From the IMG/VR virus record IMGVR_UViG_2609459833_000001: 29,412 nucleotides of DNA. One strand, written 5' to 3'. Each line of letters starts with the position of its first letter. Position 1 is the stretch's first letter. This document shows positions 13,111 to 22,214 of the stretch, in pieces. The position numbers and the translations under genes are program-made. The notes under the pieces were generated by a model. The model had not been told where the DNA came from. It did no database searches and saw only the letters and a program-made list of their open reading frames with translations. This stretch comes from a virus (taxonomy: Duplodnaviria > Heunggongvirae > Uroviricota > Caudoviricetes).

Positions 13111-15664
13111 ACCGGTAGGCGATCTGGTCGTTGATTTAAGTCTGGATGCGGCCAGATTTGACGAGCAGATGGCCAGAGTCAGGCGTCATTTTTCCGGTAC
13201 GGAAACTGATGCGAAAAAAACAGCGGCAGTCGTTGAACAGTCGCTGAGCCGACAGGCGCTGGCTGCACAGAAAGCGGGGATTTCCGTCGGGCAGTATAAA
13301 GCCGCCATGCGTATGCTGCCTGCACAGTTCACCGACGTGGCCACGCAGCTTGCAGGCGGGCAAAGTCCGTGGCTGATCCTGCTGCAACAGGGTGGTCAGG
13401 TTAAGGACTCCTTCGGCGGGATGATCCCCATGTTCAGGGGGCTTGCCGGTGCGATCACCCTGCCGATGGTGGGGGCCACCTCGCTGGCGGTGGCGACCGG
13501 TGCGCTGGCGTATGCCTGGTATCAGGGCAACTCAACCCTGTCCGATTTCAACAAAACGCTGGTCCTTTCCGGCAATCAGGCGGGACTGACGGCAGATCGT
13601 ATTCTGGCCCTGTCCAGAGCCGGGCAGGCGGCAGGGCTGACGTTTAACCAGACCAGCGAGTCACTCAGCGCACTGGTTAAGGCGGGGGTAAGCGGTGAGG
13701 CTCAGATTGCGTCCATCAGCCAGAGTGTGGCGCGTTTCTCCTCTGCATCCGGCGTGGAGGTGGACAAGGTCGCTGAAGCCTTCGGGAAGCTGACCACAGA
13801 CCCGACGTCGGGGCTGACGGCGATGGCACGCCAGTTCCATAACGTGACGGCGGAGCAGATTGCGTATGTTGCTCAGTTGCAGCGTTCCGGCGATGAAGCC
13901 GGGGCATTGCAGGCGGCGAACGAGGCCGCAACGAAAGGGTTTGATGACCAGACCCGCCGCCTGAAAGAGAACATGGGCACGCTGGAGACCTGGGCAGACA
14001 GGACAGCACGGGCATTCAAATCCATGTGGGATGCGGTGCTGGATATTGGTCGTCCTGATACCGCGCAGGAGATGCTGATTAAGGCAGAGGCTGCGTTTAA
14101 GAAAGCAGACGACATCTGGAATCTGCGCAAGGATGATTATTTTGTTAACGATGAAGCGCGGGCGCGTTACTGGGATGATCGTGAAAAGGCCCGTCTTGCG
14201 CTTGAAGCCGCCCGAAAGAAGGCTGAGCAGCAGACTCAACAGGACAAAAATGCGCAGCAGCAGAGCGATACCGAAGCGTCACGGCTGAAATATACCGAAG
14301 AGGCGCAGAAGGCTTACGAACGGCTGCAGACGCCGCTGGAGAAATATACCGCCCGTCAGGAAGAACTGAACAAGGCACTGAAAGACGGGAAAATCCTGCA
14401 GGCGGATTACAACACGCTGATGGCGGCGGCGAAAAAGGATTATGAAGCGACGCTGAAAAAGCCGAAACAGTCCGGCGTGAAGGTGTCTGCGGGCGATCGT
14501 CAGGAAGACAGTGCTCATGCTGCCCTGCTGACGCTTCAGGCAGAACTCCGGACGCTGGAGAAGCATGCCGGAGCAAATGAGAAAATCAGCCAGCAGCGCC
14601 GGGATTTGTGGAAGGCGGAGAGTCAGTTCGCGGTACTGGAGGAGGCGGCGCAACGTCGCCAGCTGTCTGCACAGGAGAAATCCCTGCTGGCGCATAAAGA
14701 TGAGACGCTGGAGTACAAACGCCAGCTGGCTGCACTTGGCGACAAGGTTACGTATCAGGAGCGCCTGAACGCGCTGGCGCAGCAGGCGGATAAATTCGCA
14801 CAGCAGCAACGGGCAAAACGGGCCGCCATTGATGCGAAAAGCCGGGGGCTGACTGACCGGCAGGCAGAACGGGAAGCCACGGAACAGCGCCTGAAGGAAC
14901 AGTATGGCGATAATCCGCTGGCGCTGAATAACGTCATGTCAGAGCAGAAAAAGACCTGGGCGGCTGAAGACCAGCTTCGCGGGAGCTGGATGGCAGGCCT
15001 CAGGTCAGGCTGGAGTGAGTGGGAAGAGAGCGCCACGGACAGTATGTCGCAGGTAAAAAGTGCAGCCACGCAGACCTTTGATGGTATTGCACAGAATATG
15101 GCGGCGATGCTGACCGGCAGTGAGCAGAACTGGCGCAGCTTCACCCGTTCCGTGCTGTCCATGATGACAGAAATTCTGCTTAAGCAGGCAATGGTGGGGA
15201 TTGTCGGGAGTATCGGCAGCGCCATTGGCGGGGCTGTTGGTGGCGGCGCATCCGCGTCAGGCGGTACAGCCATTCAGGCCGCTGCGGCGAAATTCCATTT
15301 TGCAACCGGAGGATTTACGGGAACCGGCGGCAAATATGAGCCAGCGGGGATTGTTCACCGTGGTGAGTTTGTCTTCACGAAGGAGGCAACCAGCCGGATT
15401 GGCGTGGGGAATCTTTACCGGCTGATGCGCGGCTATGCCACCGGCGGTTATGTCGGTACACCGGGCAGCATGGCAGACAGCCGGTCGCAGGCGTCCGGGA
15501 CGTTTGAGCAGAATAACCATGTGGTGATTAACAACGACGGCACGAACGGGCAGATAGGTCCGGCTGCTCTGAAGGCGGTGTATGACATGGCCCGCAAGGG
15601 TGCCCGTGATGAAATTCAGACACAGATGCGTGATGGTGGCCTGTTCTCCGGAGGTGGACGATGA
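13103..15664 (+). CDS. H: Tail tape-measure protein H
   Basis: 853 aa, long coiled-coil central region, matches lambda gpH. Confidence 0.95.
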   Translation: MAEPVGDLVVDLSLDAARFDEQMARVRRHFSGTETDAKKTAAVVEQSLSRQALAAQKAGISVGQYKAAMRMLPAQFTDVATQLAGGQSPWLILLQQGGQVKDSFGGMIPMFRGLAGAITLPMVGATSLAVATGALAYAWYQGNSTLSDFNKTLVLSGNQAGLTADRILALSRAGQAAGLTFNQTSESLSALVKAGVSGEAQIASISQSVARFSSASGVEVDKVAEAFGKLTTDPTSGLTAMARQFHNVTAEQIAYVAQLQRSGDEAGALQAANEAATKGFDDQTRRLKENMGTLETWADRTARAFKSMWDAVLDIGRPDTAQEMLIKAEAAFKKADDIWNLRKDDYFVNDEARARYWDDREKARLALEAARKKAEQQTQQDKNAQQQSDTEASRLKYTEEAQKAYERLQTPLEKYTARQEELNKALKDGKILQADYNTLMAAAKKDYEATLKKPKQSGVKVSAGDRQEDSAHAALLTLQAELRTLEKHAGANEKISQQRRDLWKAESQFAVLEEAAQRRQLSAQEKSLLAHKDETLEYKRQLAALGDKVTYQERLNALAQQADKFAQQQRAKRAAIDAKSRGLTDRQAEREATEQRLKEQYGDNPLALNNVMSEQKKTWAAEDQLRGSWMAGLRSGWSEWEESATDSMSQVKSAATQTFDGIAQNMAAMLTGSEQNWRSFTRSVLSMMTEILLKQAMVGIVGSIGSAIGGAVGGGASASGGTAIQAAAAKFHFATGGFTGTGGKYEPAGIVHRGEFVFTKEATSRIGVGNLYRLMRGYATGGYVGTPGSMADSRSQASGTFEQNNHVVINNDGTNGQIGPAALKAVYDMARKGARDEIQTQMRDGGLFSGGGR

Positions 15665-15990
15665 AGACCTTCCGCTGGAAAGTGAAACCCGGTATGGATG
15701 TGGCTTCGGCCCCTTCTGTAAGAAAGGTGCGCTTTGGTGATGGCTATTCTCAGCGAGCGCCTGCCGGGCTGAATGCCAACCTGAAAACGTACAGCGTGAC
15801 GCTTTCTGTCCCCCGTGAGGAGGCCACGGTACTGGAGTCGTTTCTGGAAGAGCACGGGGGCTGGAAAGCCTTTCTGTGGACGCCGCCTTATGAGTGGCGG
15901 CAGATAAAGGTGACCTGCGCAAAATGGTCGTCGCGGGTCAGTATGCTGCGTGTTGAGTTCAGCGCAGAGTTTGAACAGGTGGTGAACTGA
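15661..15990 (+). CDS. M: Tail tip assembly protein M
   Basis: 109 aa MKTFRWKVKPGMDVASAPSVRKV..., matches lambda gpM. Confidence 0.93.
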   Translation: MKTFRWKVKPGMDVASAPSVRKVRFGDGYSQRAPAGLNANLKTYSVTLSVPREEATVLESFLEEHGGWKAFLWTPPYEWRQIKVTCAKWSSRVSMLRVEFSAEFEQVVN

Positions 15991-16688
15991 TGCAGGATAT
16001 CCGGCAGGAAACACTGAATGAATGCACCCGTGCGGAGCAGTCGGCCAGCGTGGTGCTCTGGGAAATCGACCTGACAGAGGTCGGTGGAGAACGTTATTTT
16101 TTCTGTAATGAGCAGAACGAAAAAGGTGAGCCGGTCACCTGGCAGGGGCGACAGTATCAGCCGTATCCCATTCAGGGGAGTGGTTTTGAACTGAATGGCA
16201 AAGGCACCAGTACGCGCCCCACACTGACGGTTTCTAACCTGTACGGTATGGTCATCGGGATGGCGGAAGATCTGCAGAGTCTGGTCGGTGGAACGGTGGT
16301 CCGGCGTAAGGTTTACGCCCGTTTTCTGGATGCGGTGAACTTCGTCAACGGAAACAGTGGCGCCGATCCGGAGCAGGAGGTGATCAGCCGCTGGCGCATT
16401 GAGCAGTGCAGCGAACTGAGCGCGGTGAGTGCCTCTTTTGTACTGTCCACGCCGACGGAAACGGACGGTGCTGTTTTTCCGGGACGTATCATGCTGGCCA
16501 ACACCTGCACCTGGACCTATCGCGGTGATGAGTGCGGTTATCACGGTCCGGCAGTCGCGGATGAATATGACCAGCCAACGTCCGATATCACGAAGGATAA
16601 ATGCAGCAAATGCCTGAGCGGTTGTAAGTTCCGCAATAACGTCGGCAACTTTGGCGGCTTCCTTTCCATTAACAAACTTTCGCAGTAA
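15990..16688 (+). CDS. L: Tail tip protein L
   Basis: 232 aa MQDIRQETLNECTRAEQSASVVLWEIDL..., matches lambda gpL; C-terminal Cys cluster present. Confidence 0.93.
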   Translation: MQDIRQETLNECTRAEQSASVVLWEIDLTEVGGERYFFCNEQNEKGEPVTWQGRQYQPYPIQGSGFELNGKGTSTRPTLTVSNLYGMVIGMAEDLQSLVGGTVVRRKVYARFLDAVNFVNGNSGADPEQEVISRWRIEQCSELSAVSASFVLSTPTETDGAVFPGRIMLANTCTWTYRGDECGYHGPAVADEYDQPTSDITKDKCSKCLSGCKFRNNVGNFGGFLSINKLSQ

Positions 16689-16693
16689 ATCCC

Positions 16694-17437
16694 ATGACAC
16701 AGACAGAATCAGCGATTCTGGCGCACGCCCGGCGATGTGCGCCAGCGGAGTCGTGCGGCTTCGTGGTAAGCACGCCGGAGGGGGAAAGATATTTTCCCGG
16801 CGTGAATATTTCCGGTGAGCCGGAGGATTATTTCCGGATGGCTCCGGAGGACTGGCTGCAGGCAGAAATGCAGGGTGAGATTGTGGCGCTGGTCCACAGC
16901 CACCCCGGTGGTCTGCCCTGGCTGAGTGAGGCTGACCGGCGGCTGCAGGTGCAGAGTGATTTGCCGTGGTGGCTGGTCTGCCGGGGGGCGATTCATAAGT
17001 TCCGCTGTGTGCCGCATCTCACCGGGCGGCGCTTTGAGCACGGGGTGACGGACTGTTACACGCTGTTCCGGGATGCTTATCATCTGGCGGGGATTGAGAT
17101 GCCGGATTTTCATCGCGGGGATGACTGGTGGCGTCACGGTCAGAATCTCTATCTGGATAATCTGGAGGCCACAGGGCTGTATCAGGTGCCGTTGTCAGCG
17201 GCGCAGCCGGGCGATGTGCTGCTGTGCTGTTTTGGTTCATCGGTGCCGAATCATGCCGCCATTTACTGTGGTGACGGTGAGCTGCTGCACCATATTCCTG
17301 AACAACTGAGCAAACGAGAGAGGTACACCGACAAATGGCAGCGACGCACACACTCCCTCTGGCGTCACCGGGCATGGCGCGCATCTGCCTTTACGGGGAT
17401 TTACAACGATTTGGTCGCCGCATCGACCTTCGTGTGA
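16694..17437 (+). CDS. K: Tail tip assembly protein K (MPN/JAMM-like motif HSHPGG...SEAD plus NlpC/P60-like C-terminal region)
   Basis: 247-aa continuous ORF starting 6 nt after the L stop. The part from MAPEDWLQAEMQGEIVALVHSHPGG onward matches lambda gpK; the N-terminal 48 aa are an in-frame extension relative to the 199-aa K I remember for lambda. Confidence 0.85.
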   Translation: MTQTESAILAHARRCAPAESCGFVVSTPEGERYFPGVNISGEPEDYFRMAPEDWLQAEMQGEIVALVHSHPGGLPWLSEADRRLQVQSDLPWWLVCRGAIHKFRCVPHLTGRRFEHGVTDCYTLFRDAYHLAGIEMPDFHRGDDWWRHGQNLYLDNLEATGLYQVPLSAAQPGDVLLCCFGSSVPNHAAIYCGDGELLHHIPEQLSKRERYTDKWQRRTHSLWRHRAWRASAFTGIYNDLVAASTFV

Positions 17438-18006
17438 AAACGGGGGCTGAAGCCATCCGGGCACTGGCCACACAGCTCCCGGCGTTTCGTCAGAAACTGA
17501 GCGACGGCTGGTATCAGGTACGGATTGCCGGGCGGGACGTCAGCACGTCCGGGTTAACGGCGCAGTTACATGAGACTCTGCCTGATGGCGCTGTGATTCA
17601 TATTGTTCCCAGAGTCGCCGGGGCCAAGTCAGGTGGCGTATTCCAGATTGTCCTGGGGGCTGCCGCCATTGCCGGATCATTCTTTACCGCCGGAGCCACC
17701 CTTGCAGCATGGGGGGCAGCCATTGGGGCCGGTGGTATGACCGGCATCCTGTTTTCTCTCGGTGCCAGTATGGTGCTCGGTGGTGTGGCGCAGATGCTGG
17801 CACCGAAAGCCAGAACTCCCCGTACACAGACAACGGATAACGGTAAGCAGAACACCTATTTCTCCTCACTGGATAACATGGTTGCCCAGGGCAATGTTCT
17901 GCCTGTTCTGTACGGGGAAATGCGCGTGGGGTCACGCGTGGTTTCTCAGGAGATCAGCACGGCAGACGAAGGGGACGGTGGTCAGGTTGTGGTGATTGGT
18001 CGCTGA
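17335..18006 (+). CDS. I: Tail tip assembly protein I
   Basis: 223 aa MAATHTLPLASPGMARICLYGDLQRF..., matches lambda gpI; overlaps the K 3' end. Confidence 0.93.
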   Translation: MAATHTLPLASPGMARICLYGDLQRFGRRIDLRVKTGAEAIRALATQLPAFRQKLSDGWYQVRIAGRDVSTSGLTAQLHETLPDGAVIHIVPRVAGAKSGGVFQIVLGAAAIAGSFFTAGATLAAWGAAIGAGGMTGILFSLGASMVLGGVAQMLAPKARTPRTQTTDNGKQNTYFSSLDNMVAQGNVLPVLYGEMRVGSRVVSQEISTADEGDGGQVVVIGR

Positions 18007-18066
18007 TGCAAAATGTTTTATGTGAAACCGCCTGCGGGCGGTTTTGTCATTTATGGAGCGTGAGGA

Positions 18067-21000
18067 ATGAGTAAAGGAAGCAGTAAGGGGCATACCCCGC
18101 GCGAAGCGAAGGACAACCTGAAGTCCACGCAGCTGCTGAGTGTGATCGATGCCATCAGCGAAGGGCCGGTTGAAGGTCCGGTGGATGGATTAAAAAGCGT
18201 GCTGCTGAACAGTACGCCGGTGCTGGACACTGAGGGGAATACCAACATCTCCGGTGTCACGGTGGTGTTCCGTGCCGGTGAGCAGGAGCAGACACCGCCG
18301 GAGGGGTTTGAATCCTCCGGCTCCGAGACGGTGTTGGGTACGGAAGTGAAATACGACACGCCGATCACCCGCGCCATCACGTCGGCAAACATCGACCGAC
18401 TGCGCTTTACCTTCGGTGTGCAGGCACTGGTGGAAACCACCTCAAAGGGGGACCGGAATCCGTCGGAAGTTCGCCTGCTGGTTCAGATACAGCGTAATGG
18501 TGGCTGGGTGACGGAAAAAGATATCACCATTAAGGGCAAAACCACCTCGCAGTATCTGGCCTCGGTGGTGGTGGATAACCTGCCGCCGCGCCCGTTTAAT
18601 ATCCGGATGCGCAGAATGACGCCGGACAGCACCACAGACCAGCTGCAGAACAAAACGCTCTGGTCGTCATACACCGAAATCATCGATGTGAAACAGTGCT
18701 ACCCGAACACGGCACTGGTCGGCGTGCAGGTGGATTCGGAGCAGTTCGGCAGCCAGCAGGTGAGCCGTAATTATCATCTTCGCGGGCGCATTCTGCAGGT
18801 GCCGTCGAATTATAACCCGCAGACGCGGCAATACAGCGGTATCTGGGACGGAACGTTAAAACCGGCATACAGCAACAACATGGCCTGGTGTCTGTGGGAT
18901 ATGCTGACCCACCCGCGCTACGGCATGGGGAAACGTCTTGGTGCGGCAGATGTGGATAAATGGGCGCTGTATGTCATCGGCCAGAATTGCGACCAGTCGG
19001 TGCCGGACGGCTTTGGCGGTACGGAGCCGCGCATCACCTGTAACGCTTACCTGACCACACAACGTAAGGCGTGGGATGTGCTCAGTGATTTCTGCTCGGC
19101 GATGCGCTGTATGCCGGTATGGAACGGGCAGACGCTGACGTTCGTGCAGGACCGACCGTCGGATAAGGTGTGGACCTATAACCGCAGTAATGTGGTGATG
19201 CCGGATGATGGCGCGCCGTTCCGCTACAGCTTCAGCGCCCTGAAAGACCGCCATAATGCCGTTGAGGTGAACTGGATTGACCCGGATAACGGCTGGGAGA
19301 CGGCAACAGAGCTTGTGGAGGACTCGCAGGCCATTGCCCGTTACGGTCGTAACGTCACGAAGATGGATGCCTTTGGCTGTACCAGCCGGGGGCAGGCACA
19401 CCGCGCCGGGCTGTGGCTGATTAAAACGGAGCTGCTGGAAACGCAGACGGTGGACTTCAGCGTGGGTGCCGAAGGGCTTCGCCATGTGCCGGGCGATGTC
19501 ATTGAAATCTGTGATGATGACTATGCCGGTATCAGCACCGGCGGGCGCGTGCTGGCGGTAAACAGTCAGACCCGGACGCTGACGCTCGACCGTGAAATCA
19601 CGCTGCCATCCTCCGGTACCACGCTGATAAGCCTGGTTGACGGAAGTGGCAATCCGGTCAGCGTGGAGGTTCAGTCCGTCACCGACGGCGTGAAGGTGAA
19701 AGTGAGCCGGGTTCCTGACGGCGTTGCTGAATACAGCGTGTGGGGGCTGAAGCTGCCGACGCTGCGCCAGCGCCTGTTCCGCTGCGTGAGTATCCGTGAG
19801 AACGACGACGGCACGTATGCCATCACCGCCGTGCAGCATGTACCGGAAAAAGAAGCCATCGTGGATAACGGGGCGCACTTTGACGGCGACCAGAGCGGCA
19901 CGGTGAATGGTGTCACGCCGCCAGCGGTGCAGCACCTGACTGCCGAAGTCACCGCAGACAGTGGGGAATACCAGGTGCTGGCCCGCTGGGACACGCCGAA
20001 GGTGGTGAAGGGCGTGAGTTTCATGCTTCGCCTGACCGTGGCAGCGGATGACGGCAGTGAGCGGCTGGTCAGCACGGCCCGGACGGCGGAAACCACATAC
20101 CGCTTCACGCAACTGGCGCCAGGGAACTACAGGCTGACAGTCCGGGCGGTAAATGCGTGGGGGCAGCAGGGCGATCCGGCGTCGGTATCGTTCCGGATTG
20201 CCGCATCGGCAGCACCGTCGAGGATTGAGCTGACGCCGGGCTATTTTCAGATAACCGCCACGCCGCATCTTGCCGTTTATGACCCGACGGTACAGTTTGA
20301 GTTCTGGTTCTCGGAAAAGCGGATTACCGATATCAGGCAGGTTGAAACCACAGCCCGCTATCTTGGTACGGCGCTGTACTGGATAGCCGCCAGTATCAAT
20401 ATCAAACCGGGCCATGATTATTACTTTTATATCCGCAGTGTGAACACCGTTGGCAAATCGGCATTCGTGGAGGCCGTCGGTCGGGCGAGCGATGATGCGG
20501 AAGGTTACCTGGATTTTTTCAAAGGCAAGATAACCGAATCCCATCTCGGTAAAGAGCTGCTGGAAAAAGTTGATCTGACGGAGGATAACGCCAGCAGACT
20601 GGATGAGTTTTCGAAAGAGTGGAAGGACGCTAACGATAAATGGAATGCCATGTGGGGCGTCAAAATTGAGCAGACCAAAGACGGCAAACATTATGTCGCG
20701 GGTATTGGCCTCAGCATGGAGGACACGGAGGAAGGCAAGCTGAGCCAGTTTCTGGTTGCCGCTAACCGTATCGCGTTTATTGACCCGGCAAACGGGAATG
20801 AAACGCCGATGTTTGTGGCGCAGGGCAACCAGATATTCATGAACGACGTGTTCCTGAAGCGCCTGACAGCCCCCACCATTACCAGCGGTGGCAGTCCTCC
20901 GGTATTTTCCCTGACATCAGACGGAAAGCTGACCGCTAAAAATGCGGATATCAGTGGTAGTGTGAATGCGAACTCAGGAACGCTCAACAATGTCACGATT

Positions 21001-21480
21001 AACCAGAACTGTACGATTAAGGGCATGCTGGAGGCGACTCAGGTCAGAGGTGACTTCGTTAAAGCTGTATCCAAATCATTTCCGAAACAGGCTGGTACGT
21101 GGGGTAACACGGAAACACCAAACGGGACGGTTACAGTCACCATCAGCGATGATCATAACTTTGACCGTCAAATCATTATTCCGCCCATTATCTTTAACGG
21201 AATAGCGTATAGCGATCCGGGAAGTGGTAATAACCCGGGAGGTACAAGATACACGGGTTATGGTTTTGAAGTTCGCAAAAACGGTGTATTAATCGCATCC
21301 AGAGAAACTAAAGGGGCCATTCCCGGTAGCTACAGTGCGGTTATTGATATGCCGAGTGGCAGGGGAAGCGTCACTCTGGAGTTTAAGGTTTTCCATAAAG
21401 GCAATCAGCGGGCAGGTAATATCACCGACTGTACGGTGATTGTGACCAAAAAAGCGGCTTCAGGCATCAGTATTCGTTGA
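18067..21480 (+). CDS. J: Central tail fibre / host-specificity protein J, with divergent C-terminal receptor-binding module
   Basis: 1137 aa; N-terminal ~980 aa match lambda gpJ ([31 protein letters not shown]...); the last ~150 aa differ from lambda J as I recall it and the DNA is visibly AT-richer from about 21000. Confidence 0.9.
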   Translation: MSKGSSKGHTPREAKDNLKSTQLLSVIDAISEGPVEGPVDGLKSVLLNSTPVLDTEGNTNISGVTVVFRAGEQEQTPPEGFESSGSETVLGTEVKYDTPITRAITSANIDRLRFTFGVQALVETTSKGDRNPSEVRLLVQIQRNGGWVTEKDITIKGKTTSQYLASVVVDNLPPRPFNIRMRRMTPDSTTDQLQNKTLWSSYTEIIDVKQCYPNTALVGVQVDSEQFGSQQVSRNYHLRGRILQVPSNYNPQTRQYSGIWDGTLKPAYSNNMAWCLWDMLTHPRYGMGKRLGAADVDKWALYVIGQNCDQSVPDGFGGTEPRITCNAYLTTQRKAWDVLSDFCSAMRCMPVWNGQTLTFVQDRPSDKVWTYNRSNVVMPDDGAPFRYSFSALKDRHNAVEVNWIDPDNGWETATELVEDSQAIARYGRNVTKMDAFGCTSRGQAHRAGLWLIKTELLETQTVDFSVGAEGLRHVPGDVIEICDDDYAGISTGGRVLAVNSQTRTLTLDREITLPSSGTTLISLVDGSGNPVSVEVQSVTDGVKVKVSRVPDGVAEYSVWGLKLPTLRQRLFRCVSIRENDDGTYAITAVQHVPEKEAIVDNGAHFDGDQSGTVNGVTPPAVQHLTAEVTADSGEYQVLARWDTPKVVKGVSFMLRLTVAADDGSERLVSTARTAETTYRFTQLAPGNYRLTVRAVNAWGQQGDPASVSFRIAASAAPSRIELTPGYFQITATPHLAVYDPTVQFEFWFSEKRITDIRQVETTARYLGTALYWIAASINIKPGHDYYFYIRSVNTVGKSAFVEAVGRASDDAEGYLDFFKGKITESHLGKELLEKVDLTEDNASRLDEFSKEWKDANDKWNAMWGVKIEQTKDGKHYVAGIGLSMEDTEEGKLSQFLVAANRIAFIDPANGNETPMFVAQGNQIFMNDVFLKRLTAPTITSGGSPPVFSLTSDGKLTAKNADISGSVNANSGTLNNVTINQNCTIKGMLEATQVRGDFVKAVSKSFPKQAGTWGNTETPNGTVTVTISDDHNFDRQIIIPPIIFNGIAYSDPGSGNNPGGTRYTGYGFEVRKNGVLIASRETKGAIPGSYSAVIDMPSGRGSVTLEFKVFHKGNQRAGNITDCTVIVTKKAASGISIR

Positions 21481-21502
21481 AATATTTATAACCCCAATAA
21501 AT

Positions 21503-21526
21503 GGCGTCAGGAATGACGCCTTTTTT
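21503..21526 (+). terminator. Rho-independent terminator downstream of J
   Basis: GGCGTCA-GGAA-TGACGCC hairpin followed by TTTTTT. Confidence 0.7.
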
Positions 21527-21550
21527 ATTGCAGAAAAGCGAGAGGTAATT

Positions 21551-22150
21551 ATGCGTAAAGTTTGTGCAGCCATTTTGTCCGCAGCCATTTGTCTGGCCGT
21601 ATCCGGTGCGCCTGCATGGGCGTCTGAACATCAGTCCACGCTGAGCGCGGGGTATCTTCATGCCCGGACCAACGTTCCCGGCAGTGATGATCTGAACGGG
21701 ATTAACGTGAAATACCGTTATGAGTTTACGGATACGCTGGGGCTGGTGACGTCATTCAGCTATGCAGGAGACAAGAATCGCCAGCTGACCCATTACAGCG
21801 ATACCCGCTGGCATGAAGATTCCGTTCGTAACCGCTGGTTCAGCGTAATGGCGGGGCCGTCTGTGCGCGTGAATGAATGGTTCAGCGCGTATGCGATGGC
21901 GGGTGTGGCTTACAGCCGTGTGTCGACTTTCTCCGGGGATTATCTCCGCGTAACTGACAACAAGGGGAAAACGCACGACGTGCTGACCGGAAGTGATGAC
22001 GGTCGCCACAGCAACACGTCTCTGGCGTGGGGAGCTGGCGTGCAGTTTAACCCGACCGAATCCGTGGCCATTGATATTGCTTATGAAGGCTCCGGCAGCG
22101 GTGACTGGCGTACCAACAGTTTCATCGTGGGTGTCGGTTATAAATTCTGA
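21551..22150 (+). CDS. lom: Lom-family outer-membrane beta-barrel protein (Ail/PagC/OmpX family)
   Basis: 199 aa with signal peptide MRKVCAAILSAAICLAVSGAPAWA; C-terminal half (...SVMAGP...AYAMAGVA...DIAYEGSGSGDWRTNSFIVGVGYKF) matches lambda Lom, N-terminal half is divergent. Confidence 0.88.
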   Translation: MRKVCAAILSAAICLAVSGAPAWASEHQSTLSAGYLHARTNVPGSDDLNGINVKYRYEFTDTLGLVTSFSYAGDKNRQLTHYSDTRWHEDSVRNRWFSVMAGPSVRVNEWFSAYAMAGVAYSRVSTFSGDYLRVTDNKGKTHDVLTGSDDGRHSNTSLAWGAGVQFNPTESVAIDIAYEGSGSGDWRTNSFIVGVGYKF

Positions 22151-22176
22151 TTAGCCAGGTAACACAGTGTTATGAC

Positions 22177-22203
22177 AGCCCGCCGGTTCAGGCGGGCTTT
22201 TTT
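22177..22203 (+). terminator. Rho-independent terminator downstream of lom
   Basis: AGCCCGCC-GGTTCA-GGCGGGCT hairpin followed by TTTTT. Confidence 0.75.
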
Positions 22204-22214
22204 GTGGGGTGAAT

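Noticed and set aside
13661-15922. Multiple minus-strand ORFs (for example 13661..14239, 14279..14809, 14755..15273, 15257..15922) within H
   Set aside because: All antisense to the tape-measure gene, whose coiled-coil-rich GC-biased sequence generates long reverse-frame ORFs; none has motifs or translation signals.
18856-20691. 611-aa minus-strand ORF spanning much of J
   Set aside because: Antisense shadow ORF within J; Arg/Pro/Gly/His-rich composition typical of reverse-frame translation of GC-rich coding sequence.
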